Part shown: positions 18,623-30,333 of the stretch, in pieces
Position numbering within the stretch: position 1 is the first letter of the stretch
Layout: the number at the start of each line of letters is the position of its first letter
DNA from: Pseudomonadota bacterium
Lineage (GTDB): Bacteria; Pseudomonadota; Gammaproteobacteria; Burkholderiales; JABEVD01
NCBI GenBank assembly: GCA_021835845.1
Contig: JAKBJU010000005.1
Coordinates: forward strand, 36,505 to 100,504
Length of the DNA: 64,000 bases
Direction: 5' to 3'
The notes under the pieces: model-generated
Seen by the model: only the letters and a program-made list of their open reading frames with translations
Told to the model about the DNA's origin: nothing
The model's database searches: none
Translations under genes and position numbers: made by a program

Positions 18623-19318
18623 ATGCGCTTTTCCATATACCGCTTCGATCCCGATGCCGATGCCTCGCCCCATATGAAGGATTACGAGCTGGCGCTCGAA
18701 GCAGGGGACATGATGCTGCTCGACGCCCTCATCCTGATCAAGGCGCAGGACGATTCCCTCTCCCTGCGCAAATCCTGCCGGGAAGGAGTGTGCGGGTCGG
18801 ATGCGATGAACATCAACGGCAAGAACGGGCTTGCCTGCATCACCCCCCTGTCCAGCCTGAAGGAGCCGATAGAACTGCGCCCGTTGCCGGGGCTGCCCGT
18901 CATCAGGGACCTTGTCGTCGACATGGAGCCCTTTTTCAAGCAATACCGCTCGATCAAGCCCTACCTCATCAACAACGACCCTCCGCCCGAGACGGAGCGC
19001 CTGCAGTCCCCGCAGGAGCGGGCAGAACTGGACGGCCTTTACGAATGCATCCTCTGCGCATGCTGCACGACTTCCTGCCCTTCGTTCTGGTGGAATCCGG
19101 AAAAATTCGTGGGACCTGCCGGCTTGCTGCAGGCATGGCGCTTCATTGCAGATACCAGAGATCAGGCGACTTCAGAGCGGCTCGATGACCTGGAAGACCC
19201 CTATCGACTGTTCCGCTGCCACGGCATCATGAATTGCGTGGATGCCTGCCCGAAAGGGCTGAATCCCACCGAAGCGATAGGAAAAATCAAGGGCATGATG
19301 GTCAGAAGAACGGTATGA
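18623..19318 (+). CDS. sdhB: Succinate dehydrogenase iron-sulfur subunit
   Basis: CREGVCGSDAMNINGKNGLAC, CILCACCTTSCP and CHGIMNCVDACP cluster motifs. Confidence 0.95.
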   Translation: MRFSIYRFDPDADASPHMKDYELALEAGDMMLLDALILIKAQDDSLSLRKSCREGVCGSDAMNINGKNGLACITPLSSLKEPIELRPLPGLPVIRDLVVDMEPFFKQYRSIKPYLINNDPPPETERLQSPQERAELDGLYECILCACCTTSCPSFWWNPEKFVGPAGLLQAWRFIADTRDQATSERLDDLEDPYRLFRCHGIMNCVDACPKGLNPTEAIGKIKGMMVRRTV

Positions 19319-19536
19319 GCGCGATACGCTGGCGCTCCCGGCGCGGGATGCTGGAGCTCGACATCGTGCTTGCGAGATTCCTCGACAGGCATGAGGCAAG
19401 GCTGAGCGAGGACGAGACGAAAGCCTATCTCGGCCTGCTCGAATACCCGGATGCGGAACTCTGGGATATCATAACGGGAAAAGGAGAGCCGGAAGCGGTC
19501 GAAAAAGCCCTGCTGGAACTCATCAGAATGAATTGA
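19315..19536 (+). CDS. sdhE: FAD assembly factor SdhE (DUF339)
   Basis: MSAIRWRSRRGMLELDIVLARFLD.. (RGxxE motif). 73 aa. ATGA overlap with the sdhB stop. Confidence 0.85.
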   Translation: MSAIRWRSRRGMLELDIVLARFLDRHEARLSEDETKAYLGLLEYPDAELWDIITGKGEPEAVEKALLELIRMN

Positions 19537-19551
19537 TGTAACGGAAGAAAC

Positions 19552-20850
19552 ATGGAAAAAAAACGCATCGCAACCCTGTCTTTCAACGACGGAACGCCGC
19601 AGATCGAATTGCCGATCATGGCGGGTACGCTCGGTCCGGATGTGATCGACATCAGGAATCTGGCGAAAACCGGGATGTTTACCTACGATCCCGGCTTCCT
19701 GTCCACTGCGAGCTGCAGTTCCAGCATCACCTACATCGACGGCGATGCCGGCCATCTCTATTACAGGGGTTATCCGATCGAGCAGCTCGCCGAACAATCG
19801 AGCTATCTAGAGGTCTGCTATCTTCTGCTCAACGGAGAGTTGCCCAGCGAGGCCGAAAACGAGAAATTCGAGCGCGAGATCAAGCGCCGGACCATGGTTC
19901 ACGATCAACTGATGAGTTTCTATAAGGGGTTCAGGCGCGATGCCCATCCCATGGCGGTGATGGTGGGGGTGGTTGGTGCGCTTTCCGCCTTTTATCATGA
20001 TTCGCTCGACATCAGCAATCCGGAGCACAGGAAGGTTTCGGCCTTGCGGCTGATCGCCAAGGTGCCGACCATCGCGGCGATGTGCTACAAGTACAACATC
20101 GGTCATCCTTTCATGTATCCGAACAACAAGTTCGGTTACGTGGAGAATTTCCTCTACATGATGTTCGCTACCCCCTGCGAGGAATATGCGGCCAATCCGC
20201 GGATCGTGAAGGCCCTGGAGCGCATATTCATCCTGCATGCGGACCACGAGCAGAATGCTTCGACTTCTACGGTGAGGCTGGCAGGCTCGTCCGGGGCGAA
20301 CCCCTTCGCCTGCACTTCAGCCGGAATCGCAGCGCTATGGGGGCCTGCGCACGGTGGGGCCAACGAAGCGGTGCTCAAAATGCTGGACGAGATCGGGGAT
20401 ATTTCTCAGATTCCGAAATTCGTCGCGCGCGCCAAGGACAAGAAGGACAGCTTCAGGCTGATGGGCTTCGGCCACAGGGTTTACAAGAACATGGATCCTC
20501 GCGCCAGGGTGATGCGGGAGACTTGCTACGAAGTGCTTGCCGAGCTCGGGCTGCAGAACGACAGGCTGTTCGAAATGGCAATGGAGCTCGAAAGGGTGGC
20601 GCTCCAGGACGAGTATTTCATCGAGCGCAAACTCTATCCCAACGTCGACTTTTATTCCGGAATCGTATTGAAGGCGCTCAATGTGCCGCTCAACATGTTC
20701 ACCGTGATCTTCGCGATTGCGAGGACGATAGGCTGGATATCGCAGTGGAACGAAATGATCTCGGATACCGAGCGCAAGATTGGCAGGCCGAGACAACTGT
20801 ATCGCGGGCCAGTGAAGCGGGACTACAGGCCGACTTGGGAGCGCGAGTAG
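19552..20850 (+). CDS. gltA: Citrate synthase (type II)
   Basis: 432 aa. Motifs: [16 protein letters not shown] and [14 protein letters not shown]. Confidence 0.95.
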   Translation: MEKKRIATLSFNDGTPQIELPIMAGTLGPDVIDIRNLAKTGMFTYDPGFLSTASCSSSITYIDGDAGHLYYRGYPIEQLAEQSSYLEVCYLLLNGELPSEAENEKFEREIKRRTMVHDQLMSFYKGFRRDAHPMAVMVGVVGALSAFYHDSLDISNPEHRKVSALRLIAKVPTIAAMCYKYNIGHPFMYPNNKFGYVENFLYMMFATPCEEYAANPRIVKALERIFILHADHEQNASTSTVRLAGSSGANPFACTSAGIAALWGPAHGGANEAVLKMLDEIGDISQIPKFVARAKDKKDSFRLMGFGHRVYKNMDPRARVMRETCYEVLAELGLQNDRLFEMAMELERVALQDEYFIERKLYPNVDFYSGIVLKALNVPLNMFTVIFAIARTIGWISQWNEMISDTERKIGRPRQLYRGPVKRDYRPTWERE

Positions 20851-20854
20851 TCCT

Positions 20855-23563
20855 ATGGGGGATTCCTGGCTGAATGGTGCGAATGCGGCTTATGTCGATG
20901 CGCTTTTCGGCGATTACCTCGAGAATCCGGATTCCGTTCCGCAGGGCTGGCGCAGCCGCTTCGCCCAGTTGCCCCAGCCGGAAATGGTGGCGCCATCGGA
21001 CCGCAGGCAGATTTCGGTGCTGCAGCTCATCAATGCCTACCGCTTCCTGGGGCTGCGCCAGGCCGAACTCGACCCCCTGAAGCACATCGAAAAACCGGCG
21101 ACCCCCGAACTCGATCCGGCTCATTACGGCCTTGTTGATGCCGACATGGATGTCGTTTTCGACACGGGTTCTTTCGTTGGGCCGGAAAAAGCGACATTGC
21201 GGGATATTCTGGATGCGCTGAAGAAAACCTATTGCGGTTCGCTCGGCGTCGAATACATGTACATCAGCGAAAATGCTCAGAAGCGCTGGATACAAGCGAG
21301 GCTGGAAGGCAGCCTTTCCCAGCCGGATTTTTCTCCTAAATACCGCAAGCGCATTTTGCAGAGGCTGACCGAAGCCGAGACGCTGGAGCGCTATCTGCAT
21401 GTTCGCTATGTCGGGCAGAAGCGTTTTTCGCTGGAGGGTGGAGACAGCCTGATTCCGCTTCTTGACAGGCTGTTGCAGCGTGCAGGATCGAATGGCGTAC
21501 GTGAAGTCGTGATCGGCATGGCCCACCGGGGAAGGCTTAACGTGCTGGTCAACACCATGGGAAAGATGCCGACGGAGCTTTTCTCCGAGTTCGAGGGGAA
21601 GGAAGCGGTCGAACTGAGTTCGGGGGACGTCAAGTATCACCAGGGATTCTCCTCCGACATCATGACAGAAGGCGGCCCCATGCACGTGACGCTTGCCTTC
21701 AATCCTTCGCATCTCGAAATCGTCAATCCGGTGGTCGAAGGCTCGGTACGCGCGAGGCAGCATCGGCGCAAGGATTTCGATGGAAAGCAGGTGCTGCCCA
21801 TCCTGATCCATGGGGATGCCGCATTTTCCGGCCAGGGCGTGGTCATGGAAACGCTCAACCTTTCCAAGACGCGAGGCTATGGCACCGGCGGCACGGTTCA
21901 CGTCATCATCAACAACCAGATCGGCTTCACCACATCCGACCCCAGGGATACCCGTTCCACCATCTACTGCAGCGATGTGGGGAAAATGGTGGAAGCGCCG
22001 ATTTTTCACGTCAATGCGGACGACCCGGAAGCGCTCCTGATGGCAACCGAGATTGCTTTCGACTTCAGGAACGAATTCCAGAAGGACGTGATCATCGACA
22101 TGGTCTGTTTCAGGCGTCACGGACACAACGAGCAGGATGAGCCGCTCGTGACGCAGCCGCTCATGTACAAGATCGTCAACGCTCACCCCGGCACGCTCAG
22201 GCGCTATGCGGAAAAGCTCGAAAAAGCCGGCGTCATCGGAAAGGGAGAAGCAGACAAGATGGCCGAGGATTTCAGGGCGGCCATGGACAGGGGAGAACAT
22301 CCCAATCCCGATTTCCTCAAGGGGGTGAAAAACCCGCATTCCTCGGACTGGTCCAGATTCCGCGGCACAAAATGGAACGAGCATGGCGACACCTCGATCG
22401 GGATTGACGATCTGAAGCGGCTTTCCGCGAAATTGACCGAGATTCCGGACAACTTCAGGCTTCACCCCAGGGTTGAAAAAATCATTTCAGACAGACGCGA
22501 GATGGGACAGGGGAAGATTCCGCTCGACTGGGGAATGGCGGAGAACCTCGCTTATGCCACGCTTCTGGAAGCGGGGTTTCCGGTCAGGATTTCCGGCCAG
22601 GACGTGGGGCGAGGCACTTTCTTCCACAGACATGCCGTGCTGCATGATCAGAACAGGGAGAGATGGGACGAGGGAATCTACATTCCGCTGCAGCATATTG
22701 CAGCAGGGCAGCCGGATTTCGCCGCGATAGATTCGGTTCTTTCGGAAGAAGCGGTGCTCGGTTTCGAATACGGCTATGCGACTGCAGAGCCGAACGAACT
22801 GGTGATCTGGGAAGCGCAGTTCGGCGATTTCGCCAACGGCGCACAGGTCGTGATTGACCAGTTCATCACCTCCGGAGAAGCAAAATGGGGCAGATTGTGC
22901 GGGCTCGTCATGATGCTGCCGCACGGCCATGAAGGCCAGGGTCCCGAGCATTCATCCGGACGCCTCGAGCGCTACCTGCAGCTGTGCGCGGACTACAATA
23001 TCCAGGTCTGCGTACCCTCCACGCCTGCCCAGATGTTCCATCTTTTGCGCAGACAGATGCTCCGCCCCTACCGCAGACCGCTTGTTCTGTTCACGCCGAA
23101 AAGCCTGCTGAGGCACAAGGATTCGGTGTCCAGGATCGAGGAGCTTGCGGAAGGGAAATTCCAACCCGTGACCGGGGAAACCGAGCCCGTAATCGAAGCG
23201 GAAAAAGTCAGGCGCGTCGTATGCTGCGCGGGGAAAGTGTATTTCGATCTAGTCAATGCGAGACGGGAAAAGCAAATCACCGATATCGCCATCGTCAGGA
23301 TCAATCAGCTCTATCCCTTCCCTCACGACGACTTCAAGGCGATGCTCGCGCGTTATGGCAATGCACGGGAAGTGCTGTGGTGCCAGGAAGAGCCGAAGAA
23401 CCAGGGGGCATGGCGTCATCTCGAACATTATCTTCTCAGGCACCTTTCGCCCGAGCAAAAGCTTCTTTCATCGATGCGCCCATCTTCCGCTTCCCCGGCT
23501 GCGGGCTATTATGCAAAATATCTGGCAAGGCAGAAGGAACTGGTCGACGCCGCCTTTGCCTGA
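20855..23563 (+). CDS. sucA: 2-oxoglutarate dehydrogenase E1 component
   Basis: 902 aa. Motifs: [51 protein letters not shown]. Confidence 0.95.
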   Translation: MGDSWLNGANAAYVDALFGDYLENPDSVPQGWRSRFAQLPQPEMVAPSDRRQISVLQLINAYRFLGLRQAELDPLKHIEKPATPELDPAHYGLVDADMDVVFDTGSFVGPEKATLRDILDALKKTYCGSLGVEYMYISENAQKRWIQARLEGSLSQPDFSPKYRKRILQRLTEAETLERYLHVRYVGQKRFSLEGGDSLIPLLDRLLQRAGSNGVREVVIGMAHRGRLNVLVNTMGKMPTELFSEFEGKEAVELSSGDVKYHQGFSSDIMTEGGPMHVTLAFNPSHLEIVNPVVEGSVRARQHRRKDFDGKQVLPILIHGDAAFSGQGVVMETLNLSKTRGYGTGGTVHVIINNQIGFTTSDPRDTRSTIYCSDVGKMVEAPIFHVNADDPEALLMATEIAFDFRNEFQKDVIIDMVCFRRHGHNEQDEPLVTQPLMYKIVNAHPGTLRRYAEKLEKAGVIGKGEADKMAEDFRAAMDRGEHPNPDFLKGVKNPHSSDWSRFRGTKWNEHGDTSIGIDDLKRLSAKLTEIPDNFRLHPRVEKIISDRREMGQGKIPLDWGMAENLAYATLLEAGFPVRISGQDVGRGTFFHRHAVLHDQNRERWDEGIYIPLQHIAAGQPDFAAIDSVLSEEAVLGFEYGYATAEPNELVIWEAQFGDFANGAQVVIDQFITSGEAKWGRLCGLVMMLPHGHEGQGPEHSSGRLERYLQLCADYNIQVCVPSTPAQMFHLLRRQMLRPYRRPLVLFTPKSLLRHKDSVSRIEELAEGKFQPVTGETEPVIEAEKVRRVVCCAGKVYFDLVNARREKQITDIAIVRINQLYPFPHDDFKAMLARYGNAREVLWCQEEPKNQGAWRHLEHYLLRHLSPEQKLLSSMRPSSASPAAGYYAKYLARQKELVDAAFA

Positions 23564-23579
23564 ACCATTCGGAGGGATC

Positions 23580-24707
23580 ATGCTGATCGAAGTCAAAGTG
23601 CCCCAGCTTTCGGAATCCGTATCTGAGGCCACCCTGCTTTCCTGGCACAAACGGGAAGGCGATTATGTCGAGCGCGGGGAGAACCTGATCGACATCGAAA
23701 CCGACAAGGTCGTCCTGGAATTGCCTGCGGCCCAGGCCGGCGTGCTCTCGAAAATAGTGAAGGAAGAGGGGGCCGTGGTGACGAGCGGTGAAGTCATCGC
23801 CATGCTGGATGCGGCAGGGGAAAGACCAAAGCTGGAGCAGGCGTCAGCCGAACCCGAGAGGCCTGTCCTCATGCCTGCCGCGAAAAAGCACGCGGCGGAA
23901 CTCGGCGTCGATGTCTCTGGCATGCGCGGCACGGGACGGGGTGGTCGCATCACCAAGGCCGATGTGATGCTTCTCAAGCGGGAAGAGGCCATTCCCGAAA
24001 GCGGGCAAAGGGCACAAAGGCGCGTGCCGATGTCCCGCATCAGGGCAAGGGTTGCGCAAAGGCTGCTCGAATCCCAGAGAAATGCCGCAATCCTCACCAC
24101 CTTCAACGAAGTCAGCATGCGTGCAGTCGTCGACCTGCGCAACCGCTACAGGGAGCGGTTCGAAAAAGAGCACGGCATCAAGCTCGGATTCATGTCCTTT
24201 TTCGTCAAGGCCGCGGTTTCCGCCCTCAAGCAGTTTCCCGTGCTCAATGCCTCGATAGAAGGCAATGACATCGTTTACCATGATTATTACGATATCGGCA
24301 TTGCGGTCGGAACGGAACGGGGTCTCGTCGTGCCCGTGCTGCGCAATGCGGATTCCCTTTCCTTCGAGGATATCGAAAAGGGTATCGCCGACTTCGGCAA
24401 ACGCGCAAAGGAAGGAAAGCTTGCCGTGGACGAACTCGAGGGAGGGACATTTTCGATCACGAACGGCGGTATTTTCGGTTCGATGCTTTCCACCCCCATC
24501 ATCAATCCGCCGCAGAGCGCGATTCTCGGCATCCATGCGATGAAAGACAGACCTGTCGTCGAAAATGGCGAGATCGTCATTCGCCCGATAATCTATCTTG
24601 CGCTCTCCTACGATCACAGGCTCATAGACGGACGGGAAGCAGTCCAGGCTCTGGTTGCGATCAAGGAAGATCTGGAGGATCCGGCCAGGCTTCTTCTGGA
24701 GCTCTGA
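23580..24707 (+). CDS. sucB: Dihydrolipoyllysine-residue succinyltransferase (E2o)
   Basis: ATG at 23580 after GGAGGG. Lipoyl site [12 protein letters not shown]. Catalytic motif [13 protein letters not shown]. Confidence 0.95.
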   Translation: MLIEVKVPQLSESVSEATLLSWHKREGDYVERGENLIDIETDKVVLELPAAQAGVLSKIVKEEGAVVTSGEVIAMLDAAGERPKLEQASAEPERPVLMPAAKKHAAELGVDVSGMRGTGRGGRITKADVMLLKREEAIPESGQRAQRRVPMSRIRARVAQRLLESQRNAAILTTFNEVSMRAVVDLRNRYRERFEKEHGIKLGFMSFFVKAAVSALKQFPVLNASIEGNDIVYHDYYDIGIAVGTERGLVVPVLRNADSLSFEDIEKGIADFGKRAKEGKLAVDELEGGTFSITNGGIFGSMLSTPIINPPQSAILGIHAMKDRPVVENGEIVIRPIIYLALSYDHRLIDGREAVQALVAIKEDLEDPARLLLEL

Positions 24708-24708
24708 A

Positions 24709-26127
24709 ATGAAAGCATACGATGTCGCCGTGATCGGCGCAGGCCCCGGCGGCTACGTTGCGGCGATTCGCTGCGCTCAGCTGGGGTTGAGGACGGTCTG
24801 CATCGACGATCGCGAAAAGGACGGCAAGCCAGCGCTCGGAGGAACCTGTCTCAATGTGGGCTGCATCCCGTCCAAGGCGCTGCTCGAATCCTCGGAAAAT
24901 TACGAAAAGGCCAGGATGGAATATGCTTCCCACGGCATCCTGATCAAGGAAATGGCTGTCGATCTAGCCAAAATGCAGGCGAGGAAGAGCAGTATCGTCG
25001 ATGCCCATACCAGCGGGATTGCCTTTCTTTTCAGAAAGAACGGGGTCGAATCGATCCTGGGGCGCGCCCGCCTCAAAAACACCGGTGAGCATTGCATCCT
25101 TGAAGTTGCCTCGGGAGGCGGAACAGCGCGCCTGGAGGCGAAGCACGTCATCATCGCGACAGGGTCTTCCCCAAGAAAACTGGAAGGCGTAACTTTCGGG
25201 AACAGGATAGTCGACAGTAGCGGGGCGCTCGCATTCGAGGAAATTCCGAAAAAACTGGGAATCATCGGGGCAGGCGTAATCGGACTCGAACTCGGCAGCG
25301 TATGGCGGCGACTGGGGAGCGAAGTGGTGCTGCTCGAAGCCTCGCCGGAATTTCTCCCCTCTGCCGACGAGAAAGTTTCGAAGGAAGCGCTGCGGCAATT
25401 TCGCAAGGAGGCGGGATGGACGATCAATCTCGGGATAAAGTTATTGTCTGTAGAAGAGATAGGATCGTCAGTTAAAGTGATATATGAGAATTATGACGGG
25501 GTGATTGAGCAGGATTTCGACCGGCTGATCGTCGCCGCAGGCAGGATCCCGAGTTCGAAGGCTGTCGTGGATGACCATCTGGGGCTTGCGATCGACGACA
25601 AAGGCTTCATTGAAGTCGACAGGCATTGCAGGACGAATCTGCCGAATGTCTATGCCATCGGGGACGTCGTGCAAGGTGCGATGCTCGCGCACAAGGCTTC
25701 CGAAGAAGGTGTAACGGTTGCGGAATCGATCGCGGGCCAGAAGCCGGAAGTCGATCCCCATCTCGTGCCCTGGGTCATCTATACTTCCCCCGAAATTGCC
25801 TGGGTGGGGAAGACGGAGCGGCAGCTCAAATCGGAGGAGATAGAATACCGTGCCGGGCAATTCCCGTTTTCGGCCAACGGCAGGGCGCAGGCGCTGGGGG
25901 ACGCGCGGGGTTTCGTCAAGGTGCTGGCGGATGCGAAAACGGACAGCGTGCTTGGCGTCCACATCATCGGCCCTTTCGCGTCAGAGCTGATTTCAGAGGC
26001 AGTGGTCGCAATGGCCTTCTCGGCCTCCAGCGAGGATATCGCGCGCACGATACACGCCCACCCTTCGCTTAGCGAGGCGCTGCATGAAGCATCTCTTGCA
26101 GTAGAGGGACGGGCACTACACATTTGA
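24709..26127 (+). CDS. lpdA: Dihydrolipoyl dehydrogenase (E3)
   Basis: MKAYDVAVIGAGPGGY, redox disulfide GGTCLNVGCIPSK, C-terminal HAHPSLSE. Confidence 0.95.
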   Translation: MKAYDVAVIGAGPGGYVAAIRCAQLGLRTVCIDDREKDGKPALGGTCLNVGCIPSKALLESSENYEKARMEYASHGILIKEMAVDLAKMQARKSSIVDAHTSGIAFLFRKNGVESILGRARLKNTGEHCILEVASGGGTARLEAKHVIIATGSSPRKLEGVTFGNRIVDSSGALAFEEIPKKLGIIGAGVIGLELGSVWRRLGSEVVLLEASPEFLPSADEKVSKEALRQFRKEAGWTINLGIKLLSVEEIGSSVKVIYENYDGVIEQDFDRLIVAAGRIPSSKAVVDDHLGLAIDDKGFIEVDRHCRTNLPNVYAIGDVVQGAMLAHKASEEGVTVAESIAGQKPEVDPHLVPWVIYTSPEIAWVGKTERQLKSEEIEYRAGQFPFSANGRAQALGDARGFVKVLADAKTDSVLGVHIIGPFASELISEAVVAMAFSASSEDIARTIHAHPSLSEALHEASLAVEGRALHI

Positions 26128-26164
26128 CGGTCCGCCTGTTAACATCTGAAATTTCGGCATATTA

Positions 26165-26581
26165 ATGGATGCGATGCAGTCCTTTACCTGGCGTGAATTC
26201 CTGATAGGTTCCATCGTCGCGCTGGCGATTTATGTCGCCGTGGAGCTGCTCGCGTTCCTGCGCGCATCCAGGAAACTCAGGCCGAGACCGGTTCATGAAG
26301 TGCGCCAGGCCCATGAAGCCTATCATGCTCCCGAATTGCGCCTTGAGAAAACCGGCATTGAAGCGCTCAGGGAAGAACTGTCCGAATTGCGGGATCATGT
26401 TGCATCAATGCAGAAGGAAATCGACAGGCTGAGGGAGGAGAGCGAAGCTCCGGCACCTTATTCGCAAGCGATCAGAATGGTCAGGCAGGGCCTGGGGCCG
26501 GCCGAGATCGCGGTCGCCTGCGATATATCCAAGGGAGAAGCCGAACTGATTGCTTCCCTGCACAAGGGGAAGAGCCTCTGA
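26165..26581 (+). CDS. DUF2802-like membrane-anchored protein
   Basis: One N-terminal TM helix, a coiled coil, and C-terminal ..GLGPAEIAVACDISKGEAELIASL (HTH-like tail typical of DUF2802, from memory). Confidence 0.55.
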   Translation: MDAMQSFTWREFLIGSIVALAIYVAVELLAFLRASRKLRPRPVHEVRQAHEAYHAPELRLEKTGIEALREELSELRDHVASMQKEIDRLREESEAPAPYSQAIRMVRQGLGPAEIAVACDISKGEAELIASLHKGKSL

Positions 26582-26582
26582 T

Positions 26583-26924
26583 TCAGGCGATTTCGTCGAT
26601 TGCGGTAGTGATGTCGTCCCTTCTTTGATTTCTTCTTCGCCTGTCGTTCACCATTCTGACCTCGTAAAGGAACGGGGTGTTCTGCAATCTCCTGCAATAC
26701 CGCCGTCTCTCTTCCGCGCTGCGCACGTAAAAGACAGGCTCGTGCTGTTCCTTGAGCGGCATTCTGGGAGAAGGACGGGGTACTTGCCGCGGCTTGAAAT
26801 CGAAGACGAATGGCGTCAGAGGCTGAGCGGTTTCCTCCTTGGCAGGCTGCACCGGAACCACGCGGCTGATACCCCGTTGCTCCGGCTGATGCGGAGACGG
26901 GAGATCTGAAGGCACATACTGCAT
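26583..26924 (-). CDS. Hypothetical Pro/Arg-rich protein
   Basis: Start MQYVPSDLP at 26924 with AGGAGA upstream. C-terminus: RRRYCRRL..NDRRRRNQRRDD. No family recognised. Confidence 0.4.
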   Translation of the reverse strand: MQYVPSDLPSPHQPEQRGISRVVPVQPAKEETAQPLTPFVFDFKPRQVPRPSPRMPLKEQHEPVFYVRSAEERRRYCRRLQNTPFLYEVRMVNDRRRRNQRRDDITTAIDEIA

Positions 26925-27012
26925 GATCTCTCCTTTCAATCCAGTATAAAACATTTCTGAATATCCACCCGATTTGGTATGATTGGGCTTGCCACGCGAA
27001 TTTCCCCCATTC

Positions 27013-27846
27013 ATGCCAAATATCGATCTGCATTGCCATTCCACAATCTCGGACGGTGTACTTTCCCCCAGCGATCTGGTCGCACGCGCTGCCGGAAACG
27101 GCGTCGGAATGCTTGCGCTGACCGATCACGATGATTGCGATGGGCTTGGTGACGCACGGCGTGCCGCAGAAGCGCTGGGCATAGAATTCATCGACGGCGT
27201 CGAAATTTCCGTGACTTGGCGCGGGAAAACCTTGCATATTGTCGGACTGGGCATCGATCCCGACCATGCTGAACTCAGGCATGGGCTGGGTTCGATCAGG
27301 GAAGGGCGCATGGTGCGCGCCAGGCTGATCGCGGAAGGGCTGTCGCGTGCCGGCATTTCCGGCAGCCTCGAAGGTGCCTACGCGTATGCTTCCAACAAGA
27401 ATTTGATCGGGCGTACTCATTTTGCGCGATTTCTTGTCGAAAAGGGGCATGCCAAGGATATCCAGGGCGTATTCAGGAAGTTTCTGGTGCATGGCAGGCC
27501 CGGATATGTTTCGCATCAGTGGGCCGAATTGAATGCGGCGGTGGGATGGATCAAAAAAAGCGGGGGAGTTGCCGTGATTGCGCATCCGGGGCGTTATGAT
27601 TTGAGCGCAGCCGCGCTGAAGGCGCTTCTTGCCGAATTCATCGAGGCCGGCGGCGATGGCATAGAAGTCGTGACTTCAAGCCATACCCTGGATATGGCCT
27701 TGCGGTTCTGCGATTTTGCAAAGCATTTCGATCTCTTTGCTTCAGCCGGTTCCGATTTTCACAGCCCTTCGGAAAGCAGAATGGATGTCGGCAAGCTTCC
27801 CGCCTTGCCGGCAGGGTGCCGGCCGATCTGGGAGGCATTTGACTGA
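27013..27846 (+). CDS. trpH: PHP-domain phosphoesterase (TrpH/YciV family)
   Basis: MPNIDLHCHSTISDGVLSP..MLALTDHD..IAHPGRY. Confidence 0.85.
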   Translation: MPNIDLHCHSTISDGVLSPSDLVARAAGNGVGMLALTDHDDCDGLGDARRAAEALGIEFIDGVEISVTWRGKTLHIVGLGIDPDHAELRHGLGSIREGRMVRARLIAEGLSRAGISGSLEGAYAYASNKNLIGRTHFARFLVEKGHAKDIQGVFRKFLVHGRPGYVSHQWAELNAAVGWIKKSGGVAVIAHPGRYDLSAAALKALLAEFIEAGGDGIEVVTSSHTLDMALRFCDFAKHFDLFASAGSDFHSPSESRMDVGKLPALPAGCRPIWEAFD

Positions 27847-28472
27847 TGGCCCAGTTTTTTTCCGTCCATCCGCAAAATCCGCAGCAGCGCCTGATCAGGC
27901 AGGCAATCGAAATCGTGAATGATGGTGGCGTGATCGCCTATCCCACCGACTCCTGTTATGCCCTGGGATGCAAAATCGGGGACAAGGATGCCATGGCGAG
28001 GGTCCGCGCGATCAGGGGGGTGGACGATAAACACCATTTCACGCTGGTCTGCCGGGATCTTTCCAGCATTTCCCATTACGCCCAGGTTGACAACAGGCAA
28101 TATCGGCTGCTCAAATCCTCCACTCCTGGAAGTTATACCTTCATCCTCAAGGCGACCCGCGAGGTTCCAAAAAGATTGCAGCATCCCAAGCGCAATACGA
28201 TAGGCATCAGGGTGCCCGACAATATCGTGGCACGAAACCTGCTCGATGCGCTCGACGAGCCGCTGCTGAGTTCGACGCTGCTCTTGCCCGGGGACGATTT
28301 TCCGCTCAACGATGCTGAATCGATCCGGGATAGGCTGCAGAACCAGATCGACCTCATCATCGACGGCGGTGCATGCGGGATCGAAATGACCACGGTGATC
28401 GATTTGACAGAAGATCCCCCTGTTTTACTGAGAAAGGGAAATGGCCCCCTTTCCCCCTTCGGGATGGCATGA
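27846..28472 (+). CDS. YrdC/Sua5-domain protein (threonylcarbamoyl-AMP synthase family, YciO-like)
   Basis: 208 aa. Sequence: GGVIAYPTDSCYALGC..TPGSYTFIL..IGIRVPD. Follows trpH, as yciV-yciO do in E. coli. Confidence 0.8.
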   Translation: MAQFFSVHPQNPQQRLIRQAIEIVNDGGVIAYPTDSCYALGCKIGDKDAMARVRAIRGVDDKHHFTLVCRDLSSISHYAQVDNRQYRLLKSSTPGSYTFILKATREVPKRLQHPKRNTIGIRVPDNIVARNLLDALDEPLLSSTLLLPGDDFPLNDAESIRDRLQNQIDLIIDGGACGIEMTTVIDLTEDPPVLLRKGNGPLSPFGMA

Positions 28473-29119
28473 TGGATATCGGTAATTTCATACAGGCGGT
28501 GGCGGTTTATGCCCTTCCCATCATTTTTGCCATCACCTTCCACGAAGCCGCTCACGGATATGTCGCAAAGCATTTCGGCGACATGACGGCCTACAGGCAA
28601 GGCAGGGTCAGCCTTAATCCGATGCATCATATTGACCCGATAGGGACGATCGTGGTCCCGCTGGTTTCCCTCGCTCTTGGGGGGTTCCTTTTCGGTTGGG
28701 CGAAGCCCGTTCCGATCAATTTCGGGGCATTGAGAAACCCCAAAAAAGACATGCTCTGGGTCGCCATTGCCGGTCCCGCATCGAATCTCATCATGGCGTT
28801 GTGCTGGGCATTTTTGCTGAAGATATCGACATGGATGCCCGGAAACTATTTCGCTTTTCCGCTTTCCAAAATGGCCGACATGGGGGTGAACATCAATATC
28901 GTGCTGATGATGCTCAATCTTCTGCCGATTCCTCCATTGGATGGCGGAAGAGTGATGGTCAGCTTGCTTCCTGCAAAACAGGCCTACCAGCTTGCTAAAA
29001 TCGAACCATACGGCATAATCATACTTGTCGCTTTGCTCTTTACCGGCGTTCTCGGTGGAATCATCGGGCCGCTGATCAATCTCGTCAGGAACCTGGTCTT
29101 GCAATTGTTGGGTTTATAA
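28469..29119 (+). CDS. Site-2 protease family (M50) membrane metalloprotease
   Basis: HEAAHGY zinc motif, multi-TM, NLLPIPPLDGG. ATGA overlap with the upstream stop. Confidence 0.8.
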   Translation: MMDIGNFIQAVAVYALPIIFAITFHEAAHGYVAKHFGDMTAYRQGRVSLNPMHHIDPIGTIVVPLVSLALGGFLFGWAKPVPINFGALRNPKKDMLWVAIAGPASNLIMALCWAFLLKISTWMPGNYFAFPLSKMADMGVNINIVLMMLNLLPIPPLDGGRVMVSLLPAKQAYQLAKIEPYGIIILVALLFTGVLGGIIGPLINLVRNLVLQLLGL

Positions 29120-29130
29120 AAAGGTAGAAA

Positions 29131-30333
29131 ATGTTTGCCGACCGAATTTTGTCAGGAATGCGCCCAACGGGGCACCTTCATCTCGGCCATTATCACGGTG
29201 TTCTCAAAAACTGGATCAAGTTGCAGCACGAACACCCCTGCCTGTTCTTCGTTGCGGACTGGCACGCACTGACCACGCATTACGATACCCCGGAGGTGAT
29301 CGGCGATAGCGTATGGGACATGCTGATCGATTGGCTTGCGGCAGGGGTCGATCCGGCGCAGGCCACGCTGTTCATCCAGTCCAGGGTGCCTGAGCATGCC
29401 GAGTTGCACCTGCTTCTTTCCATGATCACCCCCCTGGGATGGCTGGAAAGGGTTCCAACCTACAAGGATCAGCAGCAAAACATGGGCGAAAAAGATCTCG
29501 CCACTTACGGATTCCTGGGTTACCCGCTCCTGCAAAGCGCAGACATCCTGATCTACCGCGCGACCCATGTGCCGGTCGGAGAGGATCAGGTGCCGCATAT
29601 TGAATTCACGCGCGAAATTGCACGGCGATTCAATCATATTTATGGGCGAGAAGTCGGGTTCGAGGAAAAGGCCAGGGATGCCGTGAAGAAGCTGGGGTCC
29701 AAGAAGGGGAGGCTGTATACAGAATTCAGGGTGCGCTTTCAGGAGCAGGGCGATGTGGACGCGCTGGAAGCTGCGAAATCGCTTCTGGACGAACAGCAGA
29801 ACCTGAGTGCCGGTGACAGGGAACGTCTGTACGGCTATCTTGAAGGAGGCGGAAAAATGATCCTTGTGGAGCCTCAGTCCATGCTGACGAGCGCCTCAAG
29901 AATGCCGGGGCTTGACGGGCGCAAGATGTCCAAGTCGTACGGCAATACCATTTCACTGAGGGAAGATCCGGTTAGCGTGGAAAAAAAAATCAGAACCATG
30001 CCCACAGACCCGGCAAGGATAAGGCGCACCGATCCAGGGGATCCCGAGAAATGCCCGGTTTGGCAATTTCACAGCGTTTATTCGGATGAAGCGACCTGCG
30101 ACTGGGTCAAGAAAGGATGCCAGAGCGCTGCGATAGGATGCATCGAATGCAAGCAGCCCGTCATCGATGCTGTGCTCAAGGAACAGGAACCTATGAGGGA
30201 GCGAGCCCAGCACTTTCTCGACGATCCGGTTCTGGTCCGAAACATCATTGCAGACGGCTGTGAAAGGGCGAGGCGCCTTGCGCAGGAAACCATGCGCGAA
30301 GTTCGTGAAGCCATGGGGCTGGACTACAGTTGA
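29131..30333 (+). CDS. trpS: Tryptophan--tRNA ligase (long form)
   Basis: GMRPTGHLHLGHY (HIGH) and KMSKS. 400 aa. Confidence 0.92.
   Translation: MFADRILSGMRPTGHLHLGHYHGVLKNWIKLQHEHPCLFFVADWHALTTHYDTPEVIGDSVWDMLIDWLAAGVDPAQATLFIQSRVPEHAELHLLLSMITPLGWLERVPTYKDQQQNMGEKDLATYGFLGYPLLQSADILIYRATHVPVGEDQVPHIEFTREIARRFNHIYGREVGFEEKARDAVKKLGSKKGRLYTEFRVRFQEQGDVDALEAAKSLLDEQQNLSAGDRERLYGYLEGGGKMILVEPQSMLTSASRMPGLDGRKMSKSYGNTISLREDPVSVEKKIRTMPTDPARIRRTDPGDPEKCPVWQFHSVYSDEATCDWVKKGCQSAAIGCIECKQPVIDAVLKEQEPMRERAQHFLDDPVLVRNIIADGCERARRLAQETMREVREAMGLDYS

Noticed and set aside
16822-18636. 604-aa ORF antisense to sdhA. Similar long antisense ORFs occur at 20699..22465 (sucA), 60669..61925 (plsX), 7619..8995 and 6260..6949 (P-type ATPase), 4002..5009 (cyclase), 12474..13409 (porin), 37506..38498 (actD/E), 53690..54772 (GGDEF-EAL) and 50125..51102 (SBP).
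   Set aside because: Each lies fully opposite a gene with unmistakable family motifs. Their translations are low-complexity, Arg/Gly/Pro/His-rich, and carry no motifs. Stop-poor antisense frames are expected in GC-rich coding DNA.
29976-29990. A9 run inside trpS (VEKKIRT) and A9 at about 59488..59496, considered as slip-strand sites.
   Set aside because: The trpS run is simply Lys codons in an essential gene and is shorter than the G10 tract. The 59.49-kb run is intergenic, in a convergent 3' region. There is no phase-variation rationale for either.
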